Shown piece after piece: positions 38,594-49,199 of a stretch of DNA of 64,000 nt (positions within the stretch are counted from its first letter, which is position 1; each line of letters opens with the position of its first letter). The position numbers and the translations under genes were made by a program. The notes beneath the pieces are model-generated. The model was given only the letters and a program-made list of their open reading frames with translations, searched no databases and was not told where the DNA came from. Origin of the DNA: Paraglaciecola sp. GTDB taxonomy: Bacteria; Pseudomonadota; Gammaproteobacteria; Enterobacterales; Alteromonadaceae. The DNA lies in contig JAACSL010000009.1 in assembly GCA_009993955.1 (NCBI GenBank), forward strand, positions 46,369 through 110,368. The letters run 5' to 3'.

Positions 38594-38927
38594 GCAACCC
38601 AACCAAAACGTTAAATGGAACATCATTTCAAGCTAACCAATGTTGTATGGGAGGTCAAGCTACGTTGAGGTCTATCGTTCAAACACCCGTTGTGAAGCAC
38701 CACTATTGGATGCGCTGTTTCACCCATCATTGGAAAGTGACAATATGGTTTTGATCTGAGTGTTAAGTTAGAGACCTAAGAATTTTCCAGCGTTGTAGTC
38801 CTCAGGCCTCATGACAGCTGCTGGCAAAATGTGGCGAATCAGGGTGAGTTACCCCGAGTTTACCCTTATTTTTTATTTACACTAATCTATTCCTATCGAC
38901 CGATGCTGATACAATGGTTGGCAGAAA

Positions 38928-39731
38928 ATGATTTTTCACCACGCGCCCTACTTTATGATGGCTATTTCAACAAAACTTGGCCTGCTATTTTGCATTTCGT
39001 TATTTTTTAGCGCCTTTGGCGCCAGTGCTGAGTGCACTAAAACCATGAGTTGGTCTGATGACTACCCCTACAGCTTTAAACGCCAAGCAACTGACCGTCA
39101 ACCCACCGGTTCCAGTGTGGAAATTGTCTCCTTGGTATTTGCTAAACTCAATTGCCAATTGCGTTTTGTCGAATTGCCTTGGGCAAGAGCATTAGTTGAG
39201 CTAAAGGAGGGCCGCATAGATGTTGTATTCAATGCCTATTTAAGAGACGAAAGGCAAGACTTTGCTTGGTACTCACAAATTGAATTTCATTCTCTTAATA
39301 TATTGTTTCTGCGTAACGACGATTTACGCAAATATCCTGTGAAGTCGTTAGGCGATATTCAGAAGTATCAGCTCAGAATTGGTACACAAATAAACGTGTC
39401 TTACGGGCTTGAGTTTGATGCGCTGATGACACAACCCACCTTTTCGTCGTTAATCGAAACTAACTCTCACCGAAAAGCACTGTGGAGAATGTTGCAACTA
39501 AAAAGAATTGACGGCGTTATTGCTGATAAACATACCGGTTTAGCAGAACTGAAACAAATGGGCTTAAGTCATGTAATTGGCTTAACTGAGTTAACGATAT
39601 CAAGTGAAGCAACTCATTTTACTTTTTCAAAAAAAACCACAGAATCACTTTTTGTTCAGGCCTTTGATTCCGAATTACACACATTGCTGCAATCAGGCGT
39701 CATCAATACGATAGAGCGTAAATACGAATAA
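38928..39731 (+). CDS. Family-3 type periplasmic solute-binding protein (orphan)
   Basis: Signal peptide, ELPWARAL motif, C-terminus LLQSGVINTIERKYE. No transporter genes are adjacent. The start may be the internal ATG near 38955. Confidence 0.65.
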   Translation: MIFHHAPYFMMAISTKLGLLFCISLFFSAFGASAECTKTMSWSDDYPYSFKRQATDRQPTGSSVEIVSLVFAKLNCQLRFVELPWARALVELKEGRIDVVFNAYLRDERQDFAWYSQIEFHSLNILFLRNDDLRKYPVKSLGDIQKYQLRIGTQINVSYGLEFDALMTQPTFSSLIETNSHRKALWRMLQLKRIDGVIADKHTGLAELKQMGLSHVIGLTELTISSEATHFTFSKKTTESLFVQAFDSELHTLLQSGVINTIERKYE

Positions 39732-39759
39732 GGTTTAATCCACCCACCCAAATCAACAA

Positions 39760-40059
39760 TTACACGTAAACATCTAAATGTGTAAATGCCGGTGTTTCAG
39801 GATCTTGTTTACTGCCTTCGTTGGCTTGTTCTTGGTTAGCATCGTCGGCGGCTGAATCGCTGTCTTGCTCTTTCTTTTTCTTGGGCAACGATTGCTGTTG
39901 CTGACGGGCTTCACGTTCTTCGAGGTGCAACGCTTGCTCTTTATCGTTTAATTCACGCAGGGCACTTTCCTTGGTGACTTTCTCTACTTTGAGTTCGTCA
40001 TGGGCAATCGGTACCGTGCCTTGGCGCGGTAGAATCGAAAATAATAAATCACTACTCAT
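39760..40059 (-). CDS. Hypothetical charged, low-complexity protein
   Basis: 99 aa ORF, Gln/Lys/Glu/Asp-rich, with no recognisable domain. Confidence 0.35.
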   Translation of the reverse strand: MSSDLLFSILPRQGTVPIAHDELKVEKVTKESALRELNDKEQALHLEEREARQQQQSLPKKKKEQDSDSAADDANQEQANEGSKQDPETPAFTHLDVYV

Positions 40060-40241
40060 GATATCCCTCCACTGACACTGTACATAAATTAATCAGACTT
40101 ACCCTGTATCGTAACAAAACGCATGGACTTTAGCCTGTTTGATCTGGTTGATGTTTTCGCTACTTCCTATTGCTTAGAGGCAGTTTAGGCGATTTAGTTT
40201 TAACTAAGAGGCAAAAAGCTGCGTATTGCTGGTATTTTGAC

Positions 40242-40270
40242 TTGCATTAACAAGACCAATTGCATAATGT
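40242..40270 (+). promoter_or_regulatory. Candidate sigma70 promoter of the his operon
   Basis: TTGCAT - 17 bp - TAATGT, about 65 nt upstream of the leader ATG. Confidence 0.3.
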
Positions 40271-40333
40271 ATGCGCCTCGAATGAGTTGGCAGGGAAATT
40301 CGTCCCGCAATTCAAACAATAGGATCAGATAAC

Positions 40334-40375
40334 ATGAAAAACACACTGCGCGTTGTCCATCACCATAGAGCTTAA
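40334..40375 (+). CDS. hisL: his operon leader peptide (MKNTLRVVHHHRA)
   Basis: 13-codon ORF with AGGA 9 nt upstream and three consecutive His codons (CAT CAC CAT). It lies directly upstream of an attenuator and hisG. Confidence 0.7.
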   Translation: MKNTLRVVHHHRA

Positions 40376-40468
40376 CCTTTCAGGTTTAGGCTGGAAGGTT
40401 AGTTAAATCCTTCCAGTGGCGCAGAAAATTTTCTCAACCCTCGGAAGGTAACTTTCGGGGGTTTTTTG
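40374..40468 (+). promoter_or_regulatory. his attenuator: overlapping alternative hairpins ending in an intrinsic terminator
   Basis: AACCTTTCAG (40374-83) can pair with CTGGAAGGTT (40391-400). CTGGAAGG can pair with CCTTCCAG (40409-16). CCTTCC can pair with GGAAGG (40443-48). The terminator is CCCTCGGAA-ggtaac-TTTCGGGGG plus T6 (40438-40467). Confidence 0.7.
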
Positions 40469-40548
40469 CATTAATGGTGCTGAGAATTCCAAATTGATAA
40501 ATACGCTTATTTTAAGCCGTTGAAAAATATAAAGAAGTGGGAAATAAC

Positions 40549-41448
40549 ATGAGTGATAGTAATAGACTTCGCATTGCCGTACAAAAATCAGGACGTTTAA
40601 GCGACGACAGCATTGCTTTATTAAAAGCCATAGGGATTAAGTTGCAGATCCGCGATCGTTTGTTGATTGCTCATTCCACTAATCAGCCCATTGATTTGTT
40701 GTTGGTGCGTGATGATGATATTCCCGGTCTGGTCATGGACGGCGTGGTGGATCTGGGTTTTATCGGCGAAAACGAATTAGAAGAAAAAATGCTTGAACGC
40801 CAGGCAGCCGGTAAACAACACAACTATATCGAGTTACGTCGTCTGGATTACGGCGGCTGCCGTTTATCCATTGCGGTACCCAATGAGTTTGATTACCAAG
40901 GTGTGCAATCATTGGCTGGTAAAAAAGTCGCCACCACCTATCCCTTTTTGTTAGAACGTTTTTTTAAAGAGAATAAGGTTAATGCCCAAGCTGTGATGTT
41001 AACTGGCTCTGTGGAAGTCGCGCCGCGTGCCGGTGTAGCTGATGCCATTTGTGATTTGGTCTCCACTGGCGCAACGCTTGAAGCCAATGGTTTGCACGAA
41101 GAAGACGTGATTTTCCGCTCCAAGGCGGTATTCATTCAACGTGCCGCTGAATTGCCAGCAAGTAAACAAGCCCTGATCAATAAATTGCTGCCGCGTATTG
41201 ACGGGGTGATCCAAGCCAAAGAAAGTAAGTACATTATGTTGCACGCGCCAAAGGCATATCTGGAACAGGTGAAAACCCTGTTACCTGGCTCGGAAAACCC
41301 AACCGTACTGCCGCTAGCAGGTAACGACCAAACGGTAGCGATACACGTAGTGAGCCCTGAGAATTTGTTTTGGGAAACCATGGAAAAACTCAAAGCCTTG
41401 GGTTGCAGCTCTATCCTGGTGATGCCCATTGAAAAGATGATGAATTAG
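40549..41448 (+). CDS. hisG: ATP phosphoribosyltransferase (long form)
   Basis: 299 aa from ATG 40549. [29 protein letters not shown]. Confidence 0.93.
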   Translation: MSDSNRLRIAVQKSGRLSDDSIALLKAIGIKLQIRDRLLIAHSTNQPIDLLLVRDDDIPGLVMDGVVDLGFIGENELEEKMLERQAAGKQHNYIELRRLDYGGCRLSIAVPNEFDYQGVQSLAGKKVATTYPFLLERFFKENKVNAQAVMLTGSVEVAPRAGVADAICDLVSTGATLEANGLHEEDVIFRSKAVFIQRAAELPASKQALINKLLPRIDGVIQAKESKYIMLHAPKAYLEQVKTLLPGSENPTVLPLAGNDQTVAIHVVSPENLFWETMEKLKALGCSSILVMPIEKMMN

Positions 41449-41461
41449 GAGTTGATGTAAC

Positions 41462-42760
41462 ATGCAAACGTGGTCATCTTTAAATGCAGAGCAACGCCAG
41501 CAGCTATTGAGTCGTCCGGCTATGGCTGATTCTGCAGCACTTAGCCAAGGTGTGTCTGCGATCATTCAACAAGTACGCGAACAAGGTGATGCAGCTTTAT
41601 TGAGTCTCACTGCACGCTTTGATGGTATTCAGTTGGCTGATTTAACCCTGCCTGCCAGCGCCATGCAAGATCTGGCAAGTCAGCTTAAGCCAAAGGTCAA
41701 ACAAGCCATTGACCAAGCCTATCAAAATATTAAGGCCTTTCATCAAGCTCAGTATCCACAAGACGTTAAAGTAGAAACCGCCCCCGGCGTGTTGTGTGAA
41801 CTCAAACATGCGCCACTGGCTGCGGTTGGCTTATACATTCCCGGTGGCACGGCACCTCTGCCCTCAACTGTGTTAATGCTAGGTGTGAGTGCGCAAGTGG
41901 CGGGATGTCAACGCAAAGTATTGTGCACGCCACCGAATAAGCAGGGAGAGATAGCTATCGAAATTCGTTATGCCGCCTCGTTGTGTGGCATTGATGAAAT
42001 TTATTTGGTGGGGGGTGCACAAGCCATTGCCGCTCTAGCCCTAGGCACGCAAAGTATTCAAAAGGTCGATAAGATTTTTGGTCCAGGCAATAGTTATGTG
42101 ACTGAAGCGAAACAGCAGGTTAGCCGCATCCCAGCCGGACCTGCCATTGATATGCCAGCCGGCCCTTCTGAGGTATTGGTGATTGCTGACGCTAAGGCCA
42201 ATCCGGTTTTTGTTGCCGCTGATTTACTCTCACAAGCCGAACATGGCGCTGACTCACAAGCAGTATTGGTATCAGACAGTGCCAGTTTAATCGACGCAGT
42301 GAAAAACGAAGTAACACGTCAATTGAGCACCCTAAGCCGTCAGAGCATTGCCAGCCAGGCCGTGCAACATAGCCGCTATATTCTCACTGAATCACTGGAG
42401 CAGGCATTTGCGGTGAGCAATGCTTATGCACCAGAACATTTGATCGTACAAACTGACGACGCACGTTCTGCCCTGCCTCATCTGACCAACGCTGGGTCGA
42501 TTTTTGTTGGCAAGTGGTCACCCGAATCAGCCGGAGACTACGCCAGTGGCACCAATCACGTACTGCCTACCTATGGGTATGCACGCAATTATTCGAGTTT
42601 GGGTTTGGCGGATTTTATGCGCCGCTATACGGTGCAAGAACTCAGCTATCAAGGTTTACAAACGATTGGCGCAGCCATTATGGATCTGGCCGACGCTGAG
42701 GGCTTAGACGCTCACCGTCAGGCTGTAGCCCTACGTTTACAACAAGGAGAGCAAGCCTAA
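41462..42760 (+). CDS. hisD: Histidinol dehydrogenase
   Basis: 432 aa. IFGPGNSYVTEAK, SQAEHG, APEHL, GDYASGTNHVLPT. Confidence 0.95.
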   Translation: MQTWSSLNAEQRQQLLSRPAMADSAALSQGVSAIIQQVREQGDAALLSLTARFDGIQLADLTLPASAMQDLASQLKPKVKQAIDQAYQNIKAFHQAQYPQDVKVETAPGVLCELKHAPLAAVGLYIPGGTAPLPSTVLMLGVSAQVAGCQRKVLCTPPNKQGEIAIEIRYAASLCGIDEIYLVGGAQAIAALALGTQSIQKVDKIFGPGNSYVTEAKQQVSRIPAGPAIDMPAGPSEVLVIADAKANPVFVAADLLSQAEHGADSQAVLVSDSASLIDAVKNEVTRQLSTLSRQSIASQAVQHSRYILTESLEQAFAVSNAYAPEHLIVQTDDARSALPHLTNAGSIFVGKWSPESAGDYASGTNHVLPTYGYARNYSSLGLADFMRRYTVQELSYQGLQTIGAAIMDLADAEGLDAHRQAVALRLQQGEQA

Positions 42761-43872
42761 TGCTCAGTAGCCAACAGTTAGTTGACAAATTAGTCTGTGC
42801 CAACCTCAAAGCCTTAGTACCTTACGAGTCGGCACGGCGCTTGTTTGCTGCCAGTGATAACGGTGCCACAGCGCAAGTACCCGTGTGGCTCAACGCTAAT
42901 GAGTCCCCCTTTGCCAATGACTATGCGTTAGATTGTGCGCGCCTCAACCGTTATCCAGATTGCCAGCCGGCCAGTGTTATCAAAGCTTATGCCGCCTATG
43001 CTGGGGTCAATAACAAACAACTATTGGTTAGTCGCGGGGCGGATGAAGGCATCGAGTTATTGATCCGCGCTTTCTGTACCCCGGGACAAGACCGGATTTT
43101 AATCTGTCCCCCCACTTACGGTATGTATGCCATTAGTGCGCAAACCTGTAATGTTGGCGTAGAAACCGCCCCATTATTAGCGGATTTCTCCTTGGATTTG
43201 GATGCCATCAAAGCCCTCAAAGACAAGGTCAATTTGGTGTTTATCTGCTCGCCCAATAATCCAACGGGCACCAGCGTCGCTGCACAGCAAATTAAGGCGG
43301 TGCTTGAGCATTTCGCTGACTCGGCATTAGTGGTGGTGGACGAAGCTTATATTGAATTTGATGCAACCAGCAGTTTTGCGCCGCAGCTGGTTAATTATCC
43401 AAATTTAGTGATATTACGCACGCTGTCTAAGGCCTTCGCGTTGGCTGGTATTCGCTGTGGATTTACCCTCGCAAACGACGTCATTATTCATACCTTATTA
43501 AAGGTCATTGCCCCTTATCCGCTGCCAGAGCCCGTGGCACAAATTGCCAGTCAGGCCCTGAGTGACAAAGGCTTAGCGTTGATGAATGGGCAAGTTAGCC
43601 AGATAGCCCAGCAGAAGCAGCGTTTAAAACAGGCATTAAACTGCTTTGCCGACATTGAGTTAGTGGGTGATGACAAGGCTAATTTTATTTTATTTCGCTG
43701 CGCCCAAAAACAAGGCCTGATGGATTTTCTGGTAAGCGCTAAGGTGTTTATTCGCGACCAAAGTAAACAACGCAATCTTAATAATTGTCTGCGGATTACC
43801 GTGGGTGATGCTGAACAAAATCAACAGTTACTTGATCTGATAGGTCAATTTTTTCAAAGAGCAGGACAATAA
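42760..43872 (+). CDS. hisC: Histidinol-phosphate aminotransferase
   Basis: 370 aa. LNANESP, PNNPTG, and [14 protein letters not shown] (PLP Lys). The ATG overlaps the hisD stop. Confidence 0.93.
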   Translation: MLSSQQLVDKLVCANLKALVPYESARRLFAASDNGATAQVPVWLNANESPFANDYALDCARLNRYPDCQPASVIKAYAAYAGVNNKQLLVSRGADEGIELLIRAFCTPGQDRILICPPTYGMYAISAQTCNVGVETAPLLADFSLDLDAIKALKDKVNLVFICSPNNPTGTSVAAQQIKAVLEHFADSALVVVDEAYIEFDATSSFAPQLVNYPNLVILRTLSKAFALAGIRCGFTLANDVIIHTLLKVIAPYPLPEPVAQIASQALSDKGLALMNGQVSQIAQQKQRLKQALNCFADIELVGDDKANFILFRCAQKQGLMDFLVSAKVFIRDQSKQRNLNNCLRITVGDAEQNQQLLDLIGQFFQRAGQ

Positions 43873-43874
43873 CC

Positions 43875-44945
43875 ATGAGTCAAATGCCGATACTTTTTAT
43901 TGACCGTGATGGTACCTTGGTTGAAGAGCCCGCCATCGATAAACAACTTGATAGCCTCGAAAAATTAGTCTTCGAGCCCGACGTCATCCCAGTATTACTC
44001 AAATTACAGCAAGCTGGGTTTCGTCTAGTGATGGTGAGCAATCAAGATGGTCTGGGCACCAACAGCTTTCCACAAGCCGATTTTGATGCACCGCACAACA
44101 TGATGATGGCGCTTTTTGCCAGCCAAGGCGTTAAATTTGATGAAGTCTTAATCTGCCCACACTTTGCCGCAGACAACTGCAGTTGTCGCAAACCCAATTT
44201 AGGTTTAGTTAAAGACTACCTGCAACAGGGTAAAGTGGATTTTAGCCGTTCCTACGTCATTGGTGATCGGGAAACCGACTTGCAACTGGCGAGTAATATG
44301 GGCATCGTGGGCATCCGTTACGACCGCCTCAGTTACAATTGGTTGGCCATCCAAAAACAGTTATTAAACTCAGCACGCATTGCCAGCGTGGTGCGAAAGA
44401 CCTCAGAAACCAATATTGAAGTGACCGTAAATCTCGATTCTTCGGCAAAATCTTCTATTCATACTGGTTTGGGATTTTTTGACCACATGCTGGATCAGAT
44501 TGCTACCCATGGGGGCTTCGAACTGAAACTTAAAACCGATGGTGACTTGCACATCGATGATCACCACAGTGTGGAAGACACCGCCTTAGCCTTGGGTGAG
44601 TCCTTAAAAAAAGCCTTGGGTGACAAGCGTGGTATTGGGCGCTTTGGTTTTGCCTTGCCCATGGATGAATGTCGAGCCGAATGCATTATGGACATTTCTA
44701 ATCGTCCACACCTCAAATTTGACGCACGTTTTACCCGTGAACACGTAGGCGAATTGGCCACCGAGATGGTGCCGCATTTTTTTTATTCCATTGCCCAAGC
44801 CATGGGATTGTCGCTGCACTTGAGTACCACTGAAGGCAATGCCCATCATCAGGTAGAAAGCTTGTTTAAGGTATTTGGCCGCGCCCTGCGTCAAGCCATT
44901 CACAAACAAGGTGATACCTTGCCAAGCAGTAAAGGAGCGCTGTAA
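43875..44945 (+). CDS. hisB: Bifunctional histidinol-phosphatase / imidazoleglycerol-phosphate dehydratase
   Basis: 356 aa. FIDRDGTL (HAD) N-terminal half, [13 protein letters not shown] and HHQVES in the C-terminal half. Confidence 0.95.
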   Translation: MSQMPILFIDRDGTLVEEPAIDKQLDSLEKLVFEPDVIPVLLKLQQAGFRLVMVSNQDGLGTNSFPQADFDAPHNMMMALFASQGVKFDEVLICPHFAADNCSCRKPNLGLVKDYLQQGKVDFSRSYVIGDRETDLQLASNMGIVGIRYDRLSYNWLAIQKQLLNSARIASVVRKTSETNIEVTVNLDSSAKSSIHTGLGFFDHMLDQIATHGGFELKLKTDGDLHIDDHHSVEDTALALGESLKKALGDKRGIGRFGFALPMDECRAECIMDISNRPHLKFDARFTREHVGELATEMVPHFFYSIAQAMGLSLHLSTTEGNAHHQVESLFKVFGRALRQAIHKQGDTLPSSKGAL

Positions 44946-44948
44946 GTC

Positions 44949-45554
44949 ATGGCCATGCAAAATATCGTGATTGTGAACACCGGTTGCGCCAATATTTCTT
45001 CGGTGAAATTTGCCGTGGAACGCCTCGGTGTTAAGGTCACAGTGAGTGATAATACCGAGATTATTCAGGGCGCTGATAAGGTATTTTTGCCCGGTGTCGG
45101 CAGTGCCAATGCCGCCATGGCGAGCATTGAACACAAGCATTTAGTGACCTGTATTCAAGGCTTAACTCAGCCGGTATTAGGCATTTGCTTAGGCATGCAA
45201 CTCATGGTGGAAAAATCAGCTGAGAGTTTACAAGACTTCACCCCTTGCTTAAACCTCATCCCGGGTGAGGTAAAACGCATGCAAGTAGGTGAGTTGCGTT
45301 TACCTCACATGGGCTGGAACACGGTGACACCGCTGGACAGCCTAAGCCTATTTAAGGGCATTCCCAACGGCACGTATTTTTATTTTGTGCACAGTTTTGC
45401 GGTTGCCATCAGCCAATACACCTTGGCGAGTTGCCAATACGGCATGGCTTTTTCGGCGGCGCTGCACAAAGATAATTTTTACGGTGTGCAATTTCACCCC
45501 GAACGTTCGAGTGACGCGGGTGCCCAGTTATTACAAAACTTTATCGAGTTATAA
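44949..45554 (+). CDS. hisH: Imidazole glycerol phosphate synthase, glutamine amidotransferase subunit
   Basis: 201 aa. GICLGMQL catalytic Cys, FVHSF, QFHPERS. Confidence 0.93.
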   Translation: MAMQNIVIVNTGCANISSVKFAVERLGVKVTVSDNTEIIQGADKVFLPGVGSANAAMASIEHKHLVTCIQGLTQPVLGICLGMQLMVEKSAESLQDFTPCLNLIPGEVKRMQVGELRLPHMGWNTVTPLDSLSLFKGIPNGTYFYFVHSFAVAISQYTLASCQYGMAFSAALHKDNFYGVQFHPERSSDAGAQLLQNFIEL

Positions 45555-45556
45555 GC

Positions 45557-46291
45557 ATGATCATTCCCGCCATAGATTTAATTGACGGCTCTGTTGTTCG
45601 CCTCTACCAAGGTGACTACGCACAAAAAACCGAATACCAACTCAATCCTATTGATGTGGTGCATGACTACGCAAATCAAGGGGCAACGTGGTTACACATT
45701 GTTGATTTGACTGGGGCAAAAGATACCAGTCAACGCCAGCTTGATTTGATTCAGCGCATGGTGGCAACAAAACGCATGGACTTTCAAGCCGGTGGTGGCA
45801 TTCGCTCTGAGCGGGATGTAGCACAATTACTGGAAATCGGCGTAAAACGGGTGGTGATTGGCTCCTTGGCGGTACAGCAACCTGCATTAGTGAAAGGATG
45901 GGTGCAACACTACGGTAGCGAAGCGATTGTCTTGGCTTTAGACATCAACATCGACCCCGCCGGCAACAAGTTTATTGCCACCCATGGTTGGCAGAAAAAT
46001 TCTGAGGTTGCCATTGAAGCGCTGTTAGACGACTTTTTAGCCGTGGGCGCTAAACATGTATTGTGCACCGACATCAGCCGCGACGGCACCTTACAGGGCG
46101 CTAATCATCAGTTGTATACTGAACTCTGTGCACGTTTTCCCACGGTGGGCTGGCAGGCCTCGGGGGGCATAGGTCAATTAGCTGACATCGACGCCCTTAA
46201 ACCAACGGGGGTCAGTGGCGTCATTTTGGGTCGCGCACTACTGGAAGGAAAATTCACCCTGGAGCAAGCCATTGCTTGTTGGCAAAATTAG
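45557..46291 (+). CDS. hisA: ProFAR isomerase
   Basis: 244 aa. [18 protein letters not shown], and [11 protein letters not shown]. Confidence 0.93.
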   Translation: MIIPAIDLIDGSVVRLYQGDYAQKTEYQLNPIDVVHDYANQGATWLHIVDLTGAKDTSQRQLDLIQRMVATKRMDFQAGGGIRSERDVAQLLEIGVKRVVIGSLAVQQPALVKGWVQHYGSEAIVLALDINIDPAGNKFIATHGWQKNSEVAIEALLDDFLAVGAKHVLCTDISRDGTLQGANHQLYTELCARFPTVGWQASGGIGQLADIDALKPTGVSGVILGRALLEGKFTLEQAIACWQN

Positions 46292-46446
46292 CGGCTGTTT
46301 AGCCTTGTATACAACAGCGACAACGTAAAAAACCATGAGAGGATTGCAGCGCATTGACGCTTGCTGAATAATCTCAATCTTTAGCCACATTGCTGATAAC
46401 TATTCAACCCAGCAGTGCAAAAGTTTACAACATAGGAATACACAAC

Positions 46447-47442
46447 ATGGCGGCCTTTGGTACAGTATTTATGCCCTTAATGGCATCAACAAGCTTCGAA
46501 AACGCACAGTGGAAGCCAGCAGAGATGGTTCCCTCCAATAGCATCACCATGCATCCCGGTGCCCATGTTTTGCATTATTCGAGCACCTGTTTTGAAGGCC
46601 TCAAAGCGTTTCGCCATGCCGATGGCAGTATTCATGTATTTCGCATGGACAAAAATATTCAACGTTTTGCCCAAAGTAGCCGTTTTCTATCTTTGCCGGC
46701 GATTGATGAAACACAAGTAGAAAACATGATCCTTGATGTTGTTGCCCATTATGCGGCTGATGTGCCAGAGCCACCGGGCTCCATGTATATTCGTCCTACG
46801 CACATTGGTACAGAAGGGTCGATTGGCAAAGCGGCCAGTCCCTCACTCACGTCGATGTCGTATGTATTGTTATCGCCAGTTGGCGACTACTTCTCCGGTG
46901 GCGCCAAACCCCTACGTATTTTATTAGACGAAACGGGTATGCGCTGTGCACCACATATGGGCATGATCAAAAGCGGTGGTAACTATGCCAGCGCCCTTGG
47001 GCCGATTTTAAAAGCCAAGGCAGAGGTACAAGCAGACCAGATTTTGTTCTGTCCCAATGGCGATGTACAAGAAACCGGCGCGGCCAACTTCTTATTGATA
47101 GACGGTAACGAAATTATTACCAAGGCGCTGGATTCAAGCTTTTTACATGGTGTTACCCGCGACTCTATCCTAACCCTAGCCAAAGATTTAGGCATGCAAG
47201 TCAGTGAACGGAATTTGACCGTAACTGAACTCTTAGAGCGCGCCGCGAAACCCGGTGTTGAGGCGGCATTGTCTGGCACCGCTGCAGTATTAACCCCCAT
47301 TGGTACTTTTATTCATCATAACCAAGAACATCGTGTCGGTTCAGGTGAGGCTGGCCCAACAACACAAAAGTTACGTCAAGCCTTGAACGATATTCAATGG
47401 GGCAAAGCCCCAGATAACCATGGCTGGTTGACAAAAATTTAA
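46447..47442 (+). CDS. Branched-chain amino acid aminotransferase-like (fold type IV PLP enzyme), inserted in the his operon
   Basis: 331 aa from ATG 46447 (AGGAA upstream). HYSSTCFEGLKAFR, IRPT..G, and MIKSGGNYASAL (putative PLP Lys), GVTRDSIL. Confidence 0.8.
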   Translation: MAAFGTVFMPLMASTSFENAQWKPAEMVPSNSITMHPGAHVLHYSSTCFEGLKAFRHADGSIHVFRMDKNIQRFAQSSRFLSLPAIDETQVENMILDVVAHYAADVPEPPGSMYIRPTHIGTEGSIGKAASPSLTSMSYVLLSPVGDYFSGGAKPLRILLDETGMRCAPHMGMIKSGGNYASALGPILKAKAEVQADQILFCPNGDVQETGAANFLLIDGNEIITKALDSSFLHGVTRDSILTLAKDLGMQVSERNLTVTELLERAAKPGVEAALSGTAAVLTPIGTFIHHNQEHRVGSGEAGPTTQKLRQALNDIQWGKAPDNHGWLTKI

Positions 47443-47541
47443 GCGGCGAGCGGCAAGTAAAAAGCGAGTGAAGCTTGGTATTAGCGTTTAGCTCGCCGCA
47501 CGCAGCGTGTTCACGTTGCACGTTGCTCGCCGCACGTTGCA
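47443..47541. repeat. Repeat-rich GC-biased intergenic element between the aminotransferase gene and hisF
   Basis: GCGGCGAGC (47443-51) is inverted relative to GCTCGCCGC (47491-99 and 47525-33). GCTCGCCGCACG occurs twice and CACGTTGCA twice. Confidence 0.65.
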
Positions 47542-47565
47542 CACATACATGAATGAAGGAAGACA

Positions 47566-48339
47566 ATGTTAGCAAGACGTATTATCCCCTGTTTAGATGT
47601 TAAAGATGGCAAAGTGGTCAAGGGTGTGCAGTTTCGCAACCATGAAATCATCGGTGACATTGTACCTTTAGCCAAGCGTTATGCCGAAGAAGGCGCGGAT
47701 GAACTGGTGTTTTATGATATCACCGCATCCAGTGATCAACGGGTGGTGGATAAAAGCTGGGTGAGCCGTATTGCACAAGTGATTGATATTCCGTTTTGTG
47801 TGGCAGGCGGCATTAAAACCGTTGAACAAGCGGGGCACATTCTGGAAATGGGCGCAGACAAAATTTCAGTCAACTCCCCTGCCCTCGCTGATCCTGCGTT
47901 GATCACACGTTTACACGATACCTATGGACAACAGTGTGTGGTGGTGGGTATCGACAGTTATTTTAATGCCCAAACAGGTGTCTATCAGGTACATCAATAT
48001 ACCGGCGATGAAAGTCGCACTCAAATAACCCACTGGCAAACCGCCGACTGGGTCAACGAAGTTCAGCAACGAGGTGCCGGTGAAATTGTGCTTAATTGCA
48101 TGAATCAAGATGGCGTGCGTCAAGGTTATGACCTGAGCCAACTGGCGGCTATTCGCCAAACATGTAAAGTGCCGTTAATTGCCTCAGGTGGTGCTGGCGC
48201 CATGCAACATTTTAAAGATGTGTTTATGCAAGCTGACGTAGACGGCGCGTTAGCCGCCTCTGTGTTTCACAAAGGCATTATTCCCATTGCTGAGTTAAAA
48301 GCCTTTTTACGTGCCGAGCACATAGCCATAAGAGATTAA
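47566..48339 (+). CDS. hisF: Imidazole glycerol phosphate synthase, cyclase subunit
   Basis: 257 aa. [40 protein letters not shown]. Confidence 0.95.
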   Translation: MLARRIIPCLDVKDGKVVKGVQFRNHEIIGDIVPLAKRYAEEGADELVFYDITASSDQRVVDKSWVSRIAQVIDIPFCVAGGIKTVEQAGHILEMGADKISVNSPALADPALITRLHDTYGQQCVVVGIDSYFNAQTGVYQVHQYTGDESRTQITHWQTADWVNEVQQRGAGEIVLNCMNQDGVRQGYDLSQLAAIRQTCKVPLIASGGAGAMQHFKDVFMQADVDGALAASVFHKGIIPIAELKAFLRAEHIAIRD

Positions 48340-48340
48340 G

Positions 48341-48961
48341 ATGTTAATTAATAAAGATAATGTAAGTGAATTGGCTTGGCACAAAATGGACGAGCTGCTG
48401 CCTTGTATTGTGCAACATGCCGTAAGTGGCAAAGTGCTGATGCAAGGTTTTATGAATGCAGAAGCGGTATTAAAAACCCTTGATAGTGGCAAAGTCACCT
48501 TTTTTAGTCGTTCTAAACAACGTTTATGGACCAAGGGCGAAACCTCAAATCATACACTGACACTTGTCGAAATCAGCGCAGATTGCGACGCCGATTCAAT
48601 TTTAGTCTTAGCTCATCCCAATGGCCCCACCTGCCATACGGGGTCTGAAACCTGCTGGTCGGCCAGCCAATCAGCTGATTTAAGCTTTATTGGTGAACTA
48701 GAGCAAATCATTGCATCGCGCAAAGGGGCAGATCCAGATTCGAGTTATACCGCCAGTTTGTATGCTAAAGGCATCAAACGTATCGCGCAAAAAGTCGGTG
48801 AAGAAGGCGTAGAAACCGCCCTAGCGGCCACGGTTAAAGACTTAAATGAGCTTAAAAACGAGAGTGCTGATCTGCTCTATCACTTAATTGTCTTGCTGCA
48901 AGCCAGTGATCTTACCCTCAGTGATGTAGTAGGGGTGTTACGCGCTAGACATAAAAAATAA
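48341..48961 (+). CDS. hisI: Bifunctional phosphoribosyl-AMP cyclohydrolase / phosphoribosyl-ATP pyrophosphatase
   Basis: 206 aa. LLPCIVQH...[15 protein letters not shown], and the C-terminal HisE region [10 protein letters not shown]...ESADLLYHL. Confidence 0.93.
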   Translation: MLINKDNVSELAWHKMDELLPCIVQHAVSGKVLMQGFMNAEAVLKTLDSGKVTFFSRSKQRLWTKGETSNHTLTLVEISADCDADSILVLAHPNGPTCHTGSETCWSASQSADLSFIGELEQIIASRKGADPDSSYTASLYAKGIKRIAQKVGEEGVETALAATVKDLNELKNESADLLYHLIVLLQASDLTLSDVVGVLRARHKK

Positions 48962-48984
48962 ATAGTCATAACCCGGCTTAAACA

Positions 48985-49027
48985 AAAGGGGCAGTCATCG
49001 CGCATGTTTGCCCCTTCTTTTTTTGTT
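48985..49027 (+). terminator. Rho-independent terminator of the his operon
   Basis: AAGGGGCA-15 nt-TGCCCCTT followed by CTTTTTTTTG. Confidence 0.65.
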
Positions 49028-49199
49028 ACCAATCTCTGTCTACCATAATATCCAACCAAAATCGTATACGCCTCCTGATTTACAGAATTCTTGCTTTCAC
49101 ATTAAGACTAAACCATTGTTTTATAGGGAATAATAGCTATATCATGTTCACTATCGACGGCCATAGCTGACGTTTTTATACACAAACGGATTAGAACAC

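Noticed and set aside
40237-40268. An alternative his promoter, TTGACT ... CATAAT.
   Set aside because: The spacer would be 20 bp. The TTGCAT-17-TAATGT pairing fits better, though both remain unverified.
44604-45140. A 178-aa minus-strand ORF spanning the hisB/hisH junction.
   Set aside because: It lies entirely antisense to two strongly supported his genes. It has no recognisable motif and no RBS, so it is most likely a chance open frame.
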